DNA of 64,000 nt. Origin: Anthoceros angustus. Its lineage: Eukaryota; Plantae; Anthocerotophyta. The stretch lies in contig MU008163.1 in assembly GCA_010909165.1 (NCBI GenBank), positions 2,108,001 through 2,172,000 of the forward strand, in the 5' to 3' direction. The translations under genes were made by a program, and so were the position numbers. Below are positions 26,747-38,880 of the stretch, piece after piece (the first letter of the stretch is position 1; the number at the start of each line of letters is the position of its first letter). A model generated the notes under the pieces. That model had not been told where the DNA came from. It made no database searches and saw only the letters and a program-made list of their open reading frames with translations.

Positions 26747-27720
26747 ATGGCGCAGGGAAGTGGGGAGGTGGCTAGTTCCACAACGGTGGCCGAATATGGA
26801 ATGTACAGATACAGGCCAGGGGGAGATAACAACCCTAGTTGCGGAGCCGGGGTTGACAGTGAGCTGAGCACTAGCAGAGTTATAGCGCAATTGGAAGAAG
26901 ACCGCGCCTTGGTACGGTGATTCTGCGAGATTTCAAGGGACCAGGCGAGCTGAAGTTCGGCAACCGGGCGGGACTGCAGTGAAGTTAAGTGAAGGAGGCG
27001 CATGCCACGATTGAGGAGCTCCAGAATGAAATTTCATGAGCCCAGGAACAAGTGGAGACGCTGGCACCTCTGGAGAAGTTCAAGAAGCTAGCGGAGAGGT
27101 ATAAGCGGAAGAGAGATGAGGCTAGAGCGTGGATGGAGGAACGCACTGTTTGGCTGTCCAGTGATGAGGAGCGAGGCAACGTGTGCGGGGGCGGTGAGGC
27201 AGGCGGCACCTCAGCGAGTGGCCAGGACCCTCGGATAGCGGAAGTGAGTTGGAGGTATTAAGGGAGAATCTTTCGATGAGAGGCGTGGTAGGAGAGCGAG
27301 GGGAACACCCATGGGCCGGAGGCTAGGCGGTGCAGAGGTAGATTTTAGAGGAGCATCATAGGTCAGGGGCTTTCACTCGGATTAGGGGATAAGGTGTTAG
27401 GAAGGCCTGTGGAGCTGTAGTTACTTGAATTGGTAGGTGCGCTCGTGGTGGTTAGCCATATTTTTTAGACACTGAGAAAGAGTGAGCTGTGTGTTCCGCA
27501 GCTGGATGTATAAGAGACCTTTTTCGGGTCCCTCTTGATAGACAATTTCAGGTGTGAGCTTCCGTGTGTCGAATCTGCGTGCGAGGTTGATTGGAGACGT
27601 CTGATCAATAACGGACTGATTCGGGACACCGCCTTCTCGTCATAAGAGGGCCGGGAAGATCCCTGGGTGGTCAAGGGCTGAGTGGACAAGCTCCACTTCT
27701 GGGTCGATTAGCGGTGAGGG
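26747..27720 (+). mobile_element. Degenerate retrotransposon gag-like remnant
   Basis: Broken coiled-coil reading frames (EKFKKLAERYKRKRDEARAW) and a stop-interrupted FSS*EGREDPWVVKG*VDKL segment resembling Ty3/gypsy gag F-x-G-x-x-D-P..W. No pol motifs seen. Confidence 0.3.
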
Positions 27721-28200
27721 GCGCTCTATGCATGCCGAAAGGGGAGAATTTCCGCAGAGGACCGGGGTGAGATCGTGGGCATGCAGATCGCCTGTGCCAT
27801 TGTTTTTCTTCCTCTTCTTCCCAAACCGCTATCTAACCGGATTGTGTTTAACTCTATGAGGGGGTGCATGTGGCGGGGTAGAGGTGCATGTGGCCGGGGT
27901 AGAGTCTGTGGCCGGGGTAGAGGTCTATGTGGCCTGAGAGAGGGAGTGGCAAGAGCAGCTTGTGTGTGGTGGTATTTGAGAATGCCACTGCAGTGGCTGA
28001 GTCTACCACGGCGGTGCCCAAACTTAACACGGTGGTGGGTTCGGATACGGTAGTGGGTTGCGGCTGGGTAGGACTAACCGTAGTAGGGTTAGAATCCATA
28101 GTTTTGGAACATCTTGACACAAAACCATTCTCTTGGGATCGAATCCTAGGACTATAACGACATAGAGGGTAAATATGGCCTCCTTGCGTCTTTGGACGCA

Positions 28201-29013
28201 AAAACCCATTCCACAGTAACCAACAAGCTACAACATCGAAGCATACAAGGGGAGAGACATGGAAAGATGACCAAGTCATTAACTTAATTCATGTGCGTGG
28301 TGGGCTGCAGACACACTTTGATAAAACACTCAAGCAAGGTGTGCATTAGTTGCCAAGCTCATATGGAATTTTAGCAAGAAGTTTGACTTAACTTCACAAA
28401 TGACATTGACAAGTGACTTTTTTCTATGCAGGCAGAAATGTTTTGAGCAAAGTGGTGATCCAGTTATCAGCCATTTTTTATGACTTTGACAAATCGACTG
28501 AGTCTTGCCATCAAAAGTGGAAAAACATCTACAAAGACTACAAGTAGGACAGGGCTTTGAATGTCATTTTTGGGAATGCTTGATCTAAAAAGTGTATAGT
28601 TCAATATCGTAGATAAATACATGAGTGGAAAGACCCATGTTGTTTGTCGCTCATTTAGAGCGCAAACTTCACTAAGTTTAGGCTCTAACTCCACATAAAA
28701 GGTTGTAGGTCATAGGAGCTCAGATTCACATGTTGTCAATGAGAAAGGTGATGTGTCAACCAGGCAACATGCTAGTAGCAGTCTTTCGGAAGAAGAACGT
28801 GATCCTGGGTCAGGACTTCCACTTCCAGTAAGGAAAAGGTCCAAGCACACGGATGACAAAACAAGTGTTATCCTCCGGCTCCTTGGTGGTATTTCTATGA
28901 AAATGAAGGATGAAGACAACAAGAAAATCTTCTTGTTGGAAAACTCGGCGAAAGACATCACGGTTTTAGCTTCAGTAGTAACTGCAAGCATGTCAAAAAA
29001 ATGTACCAGGTGA
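28201..29013 (+). pseudogene. Trihelix/Myb-SANT-like DNA-binding protein pseudogene, probably a PIF/Harbinger ORF1 remnant
   Basis: RGETWKDDQVINLIHVRGGLQTHF (~28250-28320), a probable intron, then KSTESCHQKWKNIYKDYK* (~28490-28545) with stops and frameshifts, followed by an NLS/coiled-coil-like ORF 28753-29013. Confidence 0.6.
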
Positions 29014-29302
29014 TCAACCCACATAAAAGAGCTTGTAGGAGAATGCGATGGTGTTGATTCACCACCATAGTAAATGAGATGCAATGTCCCCATCCAGCTT
29101 GCATTATTTGCTCCTAGCGACGTGAATAATCTCGCGATCAGCATGACATCACTCACTCAAGTGAAACCCAGGTGAAACACAGTGAGCCCGTGACCAATGG
29201 GGAATGTGAATGACATTGCCGAGCTGTCGAGCGGCAGAGTGGATCAAATGTGTGAATATGTAATAGTGTGCAAAGGTAGTTCTTATAATTGTGTGTCCAA
29301 AT

Positions 29303-29680
29303 GAAGAAGAAGAAGAAGAATTTTATTTAAGTCCACTAAGGACGGATTTCCGTTATGGGACTTGGTACTTGACAACTTGTACCATGGTGTGCTTAAGCTA
29401 CTTGCACCAAGGGCATCCATTCCCTTTAGACACCCCATCTGAGTACCGATCCAAGCGCAGGATGCTTAATAACGACGTTCTTAGAAATGTGTGTCCATTT
29501 GGCCTAAATGGCTTAGGCCAAATGGACACATTTACAAGAACGTAGTGATTAAGTATCCTGAGCTTAGATCGGTACTTAGATGGGGTGCCTAAAGGGAGTG
29601 GATGCCCTTGGTCTAATAGTGATGTACTAAGTCCCATGAATCAAATCTAGTGAATTTAAATAAAATTCTTCTTCTTCTTC
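29303..29680. mobile_element. 378-bp foldback (head-to-head inverted dimer) of the interspersed (TTC)n-tailed repeat
   Basis: Starts (GAA)6TTTTATT and ends AATAAAA(TTC)5. Arms 29303-29507 and 29513-29680 are reverse complements around a 5-nt loop (ATGGC); the right arm has an internal deletion. Confidence 0.9.
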
Positions 29681-29994
29681 TAGTATGAATCCAACCTAAA
29701 ATATAGACCACATAAACCACCACTATAGTAAAGGTACTAGTAAAATAAGATAGAAAGGTGAAAAGTTTAAAGAGGTCAAAAACTAATTAGTAGCTGCCCT
29801 GTTAAAAGATGCATGTGTTGCATGCTTCCTACAATCTCCTATTAAAGAGAATTTGTTAAAGCCATTAATGAAGAGCTGCCTAAAGAGGACTCTTAGTGAT
29901 TAGTAGTCTACAAGAATCCTGGAGTTAGTAACTGCCTAGTTAAGGCGAGCCTGCGGGATATATAAGGATGAAAGCAAGAGCTTTGAGTAGGATC

Positions 29995-30520
29995 ATCATC
30001 AGTTCATGGTGCACACCAAACCTGGTGCCGAGAGTGATGTGAGTTTCATCATTCAGTTGATGGTGTGTTGCAAACCTGGTGTTGAGAGAGTTGTGAGTTT
30101 CATCATTCAGTTCATGGTGCGCTACAAACCTGGTGTTGAGAGAGCTGTGTGTTGAGAGAGTTGTGAGTTTCATCATTCAGTTCATGGTGCGCTGCAAACC
30201 TGGTGTTGAGAGAGCTGTGAGTTGTGTAAGTCTCTACGTGGTGTTGAGAGAGCTGTGAGTTGTATAAGTCTTTGGTGTTGAGAGAGCTGTGAGTTGTGTA
30301 AGTCTCTACGTGGTGTTGAGAGAAATGTGAGTTGTGTAAGTTTCTATGTGGTGTTGAGAGAGCTATGAGTTGTGTAAATTTCTACGTGGTGTTGAGAGGG
30401 CTGTAACTTGTGCAAGTCTACACGGGGAGTGAATTGGCGAGGTGGCGAGGTGGAGTGAATTGGCAAGGTGGAGTGAATTGACGAGGTGGAGTGAATTAAC
30501 GAGGTGGAGTGAATTGGAGA
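29995..30520. repeat. Compound minisatellite array: ~55-bp, ~39-bp (GGTGTTGAGAGAGCTGTGAGTTGTGTAAGTCTCTACGT) and 19-bp (GAGGTGGAGTGAATTGGC) units
   Basis: Read directly; the first two unit types share the GGTGTTGAGAGAG core. Confidence 0.9.
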
Positions 30521-30895
30521 GGTCCTCAACACTGGGAAGGTAGCTCTGGCTAGGTAGCTCTGGCTGCTTACTATCTTCGTAGTGAAAGGCTTTACTAATA
30601 AAGCCTATCCTAATCCCTAATATAGCCTATCCTAATACCTTGGAAAACTCTAAAATCTGAAGGCCATGTGGAAGTGGGAGTAAGGGATAAGCATAAAGCT
30701 ATGCTTATGTGTGCGAAAGGGCACCAAGGGTTTCAAGACATTCCTAATTTTAGAAGCCCCTCCAGCTATATGAAGGGGGCTAGCTACTCTGTACGGGGAT
30801 TCAAAGTAATGGATGAGGCCTTGTCTCCCTTGCCATGAAAGGAGCTTCTTAGCTCCAGATCCCTTGCTCCTCCTCTCTTCTTCTTAGGCAGTCTT

Positions 30896-31330
30896 GATGA
30901 GTCAACTAGCTCGGGATCTCTAGTCCTAGGGTGACCTGATGAGTCAACTAGCTCGGGATCTCTAGTCCTAGGGTGACATGATGAGTCAACTAGCTCGGGA
31001 TCTCTAGTCCTAGGGTGACCTTCCTCTGCAGTATGTGCTAGGACTGAGATTCTACTTGTTGTGCATGCATCTCAATTCTAGAGTAAAGTAACGGTTGTTA
31101 TCTAGGCACCCTAGAGCATGCATCTTAGTTCTCGAGTAAAGTAACTTATCTAGGCACCCTAGAGCATGCATCTCAATTCTAGAGTAAAGTAACGGTTATT
31201 ATCTAGGCACCCTAGAGCCGAATTGTCGGAGATGTGCTAAGGATGTGTTGAGCAATTTGTTGAAGTCCATGTGCTAAGAATGTGTTGAGCAATTTGTGCT
31301 AAGAATGTGTTGAGCAATTTGTTGAAGTCC
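30896..31330. repeat. Tandem arrays: 42-bp x3 (TGATGAGTCAACTAGCTCGGGATCTCTAGTCCTAGGGTGAC), ~50-bp x3 (GCATGCATCTC..GAGTAAAGTAAC..TATCTAGGCACCCTAGA), and ATGTGCTAAG..TGTGTTGAGCAATTTG x3
   Basis: Read directly; likely LTR/UTR debris of a retroelement. Confidence 0.88.
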
Positions 31331-31610
31331 TGCAGGTACCTAGTCAGCATAAGATTTTAAACATACATGTATCTATAGGCCCTTGATGCTACCTAATCCT
31401 ATACCCATAGGTGGGTCCGAGAGGGACTAGGGAGCTATTTTTCCCCAAGTGTGAGGACACCCCAAAGTCTACGTAGGTCTGTCATCTTGTTACAGAGAGA
31501 TAGTTAACAAGCCGAAAGTTAAAGCTAGATGACGAAGTCCCGAGGTGAAGGACTCTCAACAACATGCTCTATACACCTAACGATGTAGGGCAAAATATGC
31601 TAGATTAAAA

Positions 31611-34220
31611 TTACTGATCTTGGAGAAAAGCAGGCAAGATGCTCCTGGTATTACAATGTTGTGTCGCTCCTAAAACTCTTCGAGCAGCCCTGGTTGTGGC
31701 ACCTCCATCACCGAGCAACAACCGTAGCTTCTCGTACTTTGCCAATACCTCATCCCGTACCCCTGATTCCTGCGTCGGGAGCAACACAGCCGCTGCAGCA
31801 GCCACCTGGCTCGCCACGGCTTCCTCTTGAATGAACTCTGGGACAGCCTGCGATGATGTGTTGCAGTCTGAGGGCTCAAGCAGACAGTTATCTCAAACCT
31901 CCATTGAGAGATTCACGTACCTTGCATCCAAGGATGAGGTTCACCAGCGAGACGTGCTGGACAGAAAACCTAAAAACGTTCCTGGCAATCCATGCGGTCA
32001 CGCTGTCGATCTTGTACACAACAACCTGCGGGACCTGGTGTCACACAGTGGCAGGTCCATCTTGTAGCTCAGTCACACTTATCACACCCGGCGTACATGA
32101 AGGCAAGCTACAAAGGAATAGCTTACGTTGTAAAGGGCCAATTCCACATTTATACTTCCAGACTTTGTGATGGCCAGATCTGATGCTGCAAGCGCGACAT
32201 GCGAGTCATCCTGCACACAAAGCTCCTCTTCAGCAGTGGAGAAAAAGAGCTTCAGCTGTGAGAACCGAGAGGAGAACCGTTACAGGCTCTTGGTTTATTG
32301 GAGTTCTGTAGGAACAAACTTACATGCCAAAGCTGAGTGCAGTCCTTCAATCCACTCCTGTCCAGAACTTCCTCCAGCCGATTGAGCTGATTTGGGAGTG
32401 CCACGGGGATAATAAACCTTACATTGGCTTTAGAGAGCCTGCAGTACCAACAAGGAAATCATCAGCACGGGTTATCAATCCACCGGGACGGGATGTGCTT
32501 TACAGAAAAGCTCAAACAAAGCAGAAAACATCAGGCTCAAGAAACAAGCACACCTTGCACTACCCGAAGAGCGTATGGAACCAAGTAACTGAGAAGCGGC
32601 ATCAGCTATCACAGGCCAGACATGCCTCAGCTCCTGTGTACGAGAAGCTGGTATCAAAGCTACTACGATATCCCCAACCGGTATTCCAAGCCTGTTCCGA
32701 GCCTGTCCATATAACGTAGGACAAGCGTGAGCCGATAGCAAGCAAGCAACTGACCAGAAGGTATTTGGCACAGCTGCAATGACCCGGCAGTGACTTTCTA
32801 TAGCAATCCTCGAGAATCAAGCCTAGAACTTTAAGAGACTTACCTCATCTCTTGACAGCTGCCTTGATTTGAGATCAACCAGAGGGTGACCCACTTCAAT
32901 CACACAACCACCTTCCTTGGCATAATATTCTGCCTGCTCAAGCCAGTGTGATGACATGACTTCCCCACTGCCCACAACACGTGATGGATCACATCGTGTG
33001 AACTTAGAGTTTGGGGGCTGAGGTAGCAAGAATCTGAAAGGACCCTTTGCAAAACTTACCTCTCCTTTGTAAACTGCTAAGATCATATCACTCATGTGAA
33101 CGATATCTGCAGTCCGCGAAGTATTCCACAGCCATTCATTTGGGGGGATGTAGTAGATCACCTGACAAGCTGTGAGGCGTAAAAAGACACAGTAAGGAGC
33201 CACCCCCTGTTCCAATCCCTTGCAACATTCCACACATTTTCAAAGAAGCTACAAGTTAGGGTTACCAAATTTGCTCTTCACATATTTTCCAAATGGTACG
33301 TTCACACCAGGATAGTCGATCAACACCTGCATAATGCCATGGACGGGCGTAAGCAAATGCCTGGCAGGAAACGACAACACCTAACACAGGATAGACCAAA
33401 AGCATAGCTTTTGAAAAACCCACCACCACATCCGGTGGATGACTCTCCAAAAAGGCCCGGACAGCCACTTGCAAACGCAGAGAAGGCACGACCAGTGGCA
33501 GAGCTTCAACAAGGCCGATTGAGCTGAGCCCTGTGTTGTCTCCTGCACATAAGGAGGACAGAGTATCTGCTTATCTGCTCAGGCCATGAAATGGAGGGCA
33601 GACCGGCCTAGTTCGCAAAACACACATCAGACGAGATCAGACCCCCAGCACGCACCAATGAGCACAGCTCCAGCAGCCTTCATCCGCTGGCCTCCAAGAG
33701 CGTACACCTCCACATCCTCTCCTGCCTCTCGAGCCTGCTCCAGGACTTCCGTCACCAGAGCTGCCCCATGGATGTCCCCCATGACATCTCCGGTGCTGAT
33801 CTGCAAATCCAATTTCCATGTCAAAATCCCGAGCAACCACAATGCACATACATACAAGGGCTAAAACCCAACACCAGAACCCGAAGCACCCACCAGAATC
33901 CTCTTCCCTCCCCGCCATCGCACACAACCCTCCTCCTCCTCCTTCGCCTGCACACCACAGCCCAAAGCCCTGGCCCGGTCCTTCTCCCAGCCACTACTCA
34001 CTTTCCAGCCACCATGCCCCGCATGACCCACTCCCAAGCCGCCCCTCCAGGTCACCCGCAAGCCACATGCAGCAGCCCTACACTCCAATCCCAACGTGCC
34101 CACCCTGCACATGGACGGCACCTCCATCCCTGCTCCCTTCGCCAGCTGTTTCCAACATGCCAGGGGCGGCGACATGCCTGCCATACCTGCCATACCTGCC
34201 ATGCTGGCCATGCTGGCCAT
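31611..34220 (-). CDS. lpxB: Lipid-A-disaccharide synthase (GT19), cyanobacterial-type, with a probable N-terminal transit peptide; multi-exon
   Basis: Spliced protein: RIL|ISTGDVMGDIHGAALV..YALGGQRMKAAGAVLIG|DNTGLSSIGLVEALPLVVPSLRLQ..HPPDVVV|VLIDYPGVN..IYYIPPNEWLW..EVGHPLVD..ALIPASRTQEL..ASDLAITKSGSINVELALYN|VPQVVVYKIDSVTAWIAR..VNLIL..VPEFIQ..LGDGGATTRAARRVL. The start ATG is uncertain. Confidence 0.9.
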
Positions 34221-35001
34221 GCTGGCCAGCCACGCTGGTCCGAGCCCACCAACCAACAATCCCTCGTCGCCAAGACCCACAACCTCCCTTCTCACAAACC
34301 ACCTCCCCTCCTCTCAGTCAGCATCCCACCTGGACCAAAATCCACCTGTCCATTCACCGCTCGCACCACAGGCGAATCCCACTTTCTCATCTGACTCCTA
34401 CAGGCTGTGCCTGAAGCCATAGCAGTTGGAACCGGAGACCTACCAGATCTGTACCCAGATACAGGAACAGTGGGCCATCTTCGGAATAGCCGATGTCGAA
34501 TCTCGACATCTCCGGGAAGTGCGCGCTACCATCCGTCCTTCCACATACTTTAACATAGATGCCCCGTTGAATGGCAGGTGGTGGCGTATGTGTCCCCAAA
34601 CCCTTGATCGATGCTACTGTTTTTGTCCCTTGCCTGCACCCTCATCATGGCCCAGTGACACGCAACGGGCAGCTGCGCCCTCCCCCGGACCACACCTCTA
34701 TCCCCACAGCAGCTCGCATCGTTCCATCTTACGGCCGCCAGCAAACAGTGAAGGCTGGGCCCCTTCCCCATTTCCCTGCTGCTTCTCATGGCCCACGTTC
34801 CGCGGCACCGGAACAGCTACGAGACAACACCAGTCATCAGCGGAGGACAGTTTACGGCGAGATCCTCCCATCTCCAGCACCTCCAGTCCAGACTGGTGCT
34901 TTCCCACTGTCTAAACATTCTGCACCAATGACGAATCAGAGCGCACGACAACACAGTTTTAAAACACACACACACGTTTGTCCACACGCCGCGATGCGAA
35001 G

Positions 35002-35073
35002 AGCTCCCGGCGAGGATTGAACTCGCGACCTTCCGCTTACGAAGCGAACGCACTACCACTATGCTACGGAAGC
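35002..35073 (-). tRNA. tRNA-Thr (anticodon CGT)
   Basis: GCTTCCGTAGCATAGTGGTAGTGCGTTCGCTTCGTAAGCGGAAGGTCGCGAGTTCAATCCTCGCCGGGAGCT: 72-nt cloverleaf with intact A and B boxes and anticodon loop TT-CGT-AA. Confidence 0.95.
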
Positions 35074-35839
35074 TTTGCGGACGACAGCTAAGTCTTAATA
35101 AATTTCAATGGTGTGAATGAGTTCCGGGCACTCTGGGAATGGATCGAGAGGAAGTGCAGCCTGCATGTTGATTCCGAGACGCAACCACTCTCTATACCCA
35201 TATGTGTGTATATGATAAATGAGAAATGGAGTCTTGCATTCTTCCTTTGCTCGGGAAGACTGCAGAAGAAGACGACGAAGTCTTATTGCAGAGCTAGGAC
35301 CTCATGTAAAACCAGACACGCACTTTGTTAGTCTTATATATTGCCTAGCCAGAGCATGAGTTTATTTGTAGATTGTTGAACGTGGGCTTTTTGTGTTTGG
35401 TGTGGCGTGGTGTGGATTTGCAGGGTGGGTGCGGACCGGGGCAGGACTGCTTCTGCAGCAGGATGATCGGGATCGCTTCAGTTTTGCGCTCTGCTGGTCT
35501 GGAGTCTCCTGACCGGCGTCGTTGTGCGTCGGGTGGTGGGTGTTCATTCAGAGCTCTGGGAATCTGGTAGGAACACGGATCCCGATCTGGGTGCGCTGGT
35601 GGCTGCGGATTGGCCGGTTCCTGTGAGTGCGGAAATGCGCTGGGTCTTCATAGTATGAGCGATCCCGGCGTTCCCGCCGTGTGGCGTCGGCTGCATGCTG
35701 GGTTTGGGTGAGAGCATGGTGCACGGGAGCGCCGGCGGATTCGGAGTCGTGAACTCTGGCGACGCATTCGGAACGGGGGAGTGGGTAAGGTGGGGTGTCT
35801 GAGCGGGCAGCGGGAAGAGGAAGGGCCCGGTGCATTGCG

Positions 35840-38020
35840 ATGGCGCTGCACCCGGTGCTGGCCAGCGTGCGGAGATGGCTCACGGAAGGGGAGGCCCCGG
35901 AGGACGCGGTGTCGGTCCTGTCGTTTGCGGTGCTGCCCATTTTGAAAATCTTCGTCATGTCTGGGCTCGGGTATGTGATCGCGCTGCCGGCTTTCGGCAA
36001 CATTCTGGACTCCTCCGCCAGGAAGCAGCTCACCAAGGTGGGCGGATGGACGCTGGGTTGGTCTGGATTTTGGGTGGCGGCGGAGGGGAATTTTTTCCGG
36101 TTTTGTTCACCTCTGGTTTTGTGGGTGGTTGTGTGCAGCTGGTTTTTTCTGTTTTCCTGCCCTGCCTGCTGTTCACCCAGCTGGGGCAGGCTACCACCTG
36201 GGAGAATGTGTTGCATTGGTGAGCTCCTTTCGCTTGTTTGCAAGAAATGAGGTTGTGGGTTGAATTGGGTCCTGGTGTTGGGCGTGGCCTGACTTCGGGG
36301 CGGGAATCGGGGGTGCAGGTGGTTTATTCCCATGAACATAGTGTTATCGACGGGTATCAACTGCTCGCTAGGGTACTTGGTGGCCTGGTTATGCAGAGTT
36401 GCCCCGGAATTCTCTGGTTCCATAGCAGTCATGGTCGGCATGGGTGAGTCGTTCTTGCTCCGGTCTCCACGTGTTGTTGTGTCGTTTCCCAGTTTACTGC
36501 TTGCGGATCTGACTCTGCATATTGGGTCGTGCAGGGAACATTGGGAACATACCACTTGTCATCGTCGCGGCTATCTGTCGTGATCCTAAGAATCCGTTTG
36601 GCAGCACAACATCTTGTAATAGTAGTGGAGTTGCTTATATCGCTTTTGGGCAATGGGTATGTAGCGTCATCGTGTGAGCTAGTATCCGTCATTGTCCTTC
36701 TGGATGATGACTTGGGCGGCACTGTCTCTGCTATTGTTGGTTCGGTTTGCCGTAACGCTGGCGATGTGTCCTTGCAGGTGGGAGCTATTCTCGTGTACAC
36801 TGTGGGCTACCACATGCTGATGCCGCCTGCTGTCCAAAGTGTGGAAGGTGGAGGCTGGGTCGTGGACGCAGGAGATGTACCTCTTCTATCCGACTTCGCT
36901 GAAGAAGAAGGAGATGAATATGACCTATTGGAGAGTCATCGTTCCTGGAGGCGAAAGGTGCGGGTGTAGTCTATCATGCAGCCCACCTTCTTCCCTGTCC
37001 AGCATTCCTGACTGACGAACCCTGACTGATGGACAAGTTCTTGGATTTTGGTACTAACACTGTGGTGTGATCCTCTGTCTGCCAGTGTTGCCTCCAAATT
37101 GAGGACTATTTTCAGCCATTCATCAAGAAGCTCCAGCCATTCACTAAGCAGCTCGAGCTCATTTTTCAACCACCGGTTGTGGCCTCGGTAGGTATTGTTT
37201 TGGACTGGCTCAGGTTGGGGGCATGCCGTTCTTCTTGCAGAAGACTGACGTTGTGGCCTACAGCTCCTCGCTCTTGTCATTGGATGTATACCTTGGCTCA
37301 AGAAGCAAATATACGAGGAGCATTCACCAGGCTACTTCATTTATGATGCCATGGTTGTGATAGGGTGAGGCTGCTCAATCATCAGCACACTCTCCGATTC
37401 TGGATGCCGAGTTGGACACAAGCTAACAGCGTTTTTCACCTTGGCCCTGCAGAGGGGCAATGATTCCTTGCATCATGATGGTGCTCGGTGGAAATCTCGC
37501 TTCGGGTATGTCTGTTCGATGTCAGCCAGGCTATGAGACACCTGCCTGAAGTACAGAGACTGTTCCTCATTGTCCCTTTGAAAACTTACTTGGGGAGTTT
37601 AACATGGGTCAAATGCATGCATGCAGGAGCTGTAAGATCCCAACTTGGGACGCGGACCACTGCCGTTGTAGTAGCTGTCCGACTACTTCTGGTGCCTGTG
37701 GTGGGGCTCGGAATTGTCCTAGGGGCTGAACATCTAGGATTCTTCCCTCAAGATCGCATGCTCAAGTTCGTTCTGCTGTTGCAACACAGCACTCCTAGTT
37801 CTATCGTGGCAGGTGAGTCAAAGTGCCTTGTCTCTCGGTTCTTGCCACGGGGTGATATTGTGGACTTGGTTCTGACTTGGGTGTGTTGTGAGTTGCAGGC
37901 TCTGTTGCAAATCTGATTGGCCACGCAGAACGGGAGATCTCATCGATATTGTTCTACGAACACCTGTGTTGTATGCTCACCATGGCTGGCTGGTTAATGG
38001 TGTTCATCAGCATCCTGTAA
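35840..38020 (+). CDS. PILS: PIN-LIKES auxin carrier (Mem_trans family), multi-exon
   Basis: AVLPILKIFVMSGLG..ARKQLTK|LVFSVFLPCLLFTQLGQA..WWFIPMNI..VGMG|NIGNIPLVIVAAICRDPKNPFG..GVAYIAFGQW|VGAILVYT..QPPVVAS..GAMIPCIMMVLGGNL..VRLLLVP..FVLLLQHSTPSSI. Confidence 0.93.
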
Positions 38021-38710
38021 TGACGACGACGAGTGATCAAAGTACAGGGTTGCACTGTTCTGGTCTCGAAGGGGAGGGAGTCGTGGACAATTCTTGTATC
38101 CTCCATCTACAAGCCGAACGCTCTGTATCAAAACCCAGGAGGTATTCCCATTCCCTCACACACATCTAGGGTAGCCTGATTATTTTCCAGTTGGGAGAGA
38201 TTCCCTGCACCCGGTCTACTGGGGCTGCCCTTTGGAGTCGTGGTGGCGAGATATTCAGGTATTCCTGAGATTCAGGCCCGAAGATCAGTGCTATCGGGAC
38301 TGCCAGTGTTGTATTTTTTTCGGTTCTGGGGCAAAAAAAGATGCCATCCGGAATCTGTGTAAAAAAATTCAATGAACCTGCTAGTAGATCTAATATCTTG
38401 ACCAGGTACGTAGTTATTCTGAATTCCTAGTGTAAAATTTTCAAAACCTAGGTATCTTGATGTAAACGTCAAATATCACGCAGGAAATACCATATCTTGC
38501 AACCCACCAGGGCTGGCTGTATAGTCTAAGACGAGTCTGAGGTGTAGAGTCGGAGTCCTGTGTTGTTTTGCTGTTGTTTGTGAGCTACTAGGTAGCATGA
38601 AGCGAAAGAAAAAAGAATATTAAGAGTATTGTATTAAGAATATTGTTTTGGTGTTGTTGTGAGAGCTGCTCATGGGAGGGAGTTTTTCTACCATAAGACC
38701 CGTACCAAGG

Positions 38711-38880
38711 CCAAGGGCATCCACTCCCTCCAGGCACCCTATCTCAATACCCATCTAAGCGCATGACGCTCAACATGTAAGGATTGATCTAAACTCAGAA
38801 TGCTTAACATCTAAGTACATGACACTTAACATGTAAGGATTGATCTAAACTCAGGATGCTTAACATCTAAGTACATAACT
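38711..38880 (-). repeat. Internal fragment of the (TTC)n-tailed repeat family followed by a ~56-bp tandem duplication built from related motifs
   Basis: CCAAGGGCATCCACTCCCTCCAGGCACCC.ATCT..TACC.ATCTAAGCGCA matches ~29406-29460; AACATGTAAGGATTGATCTAAACTCAG.ATGCTTAACATCTAAGTACAT occurs twice. Confidence 0.75.

Noticed and set aside
30896-31020. CTGATGAG-containing 42-bp repeats as hammerhead ribozymes or a CRISPR array
   Set aside because: No GAAA after a stem II; units are head-to-tail with no unique spacers; no cas genes; eukaryotic context.
31611-34220. lpxB as bacterial or cyanobiont contamination
   Set aside because: It has many GT-AG introns and an N-terminal extension, and is embedded among plant genes.
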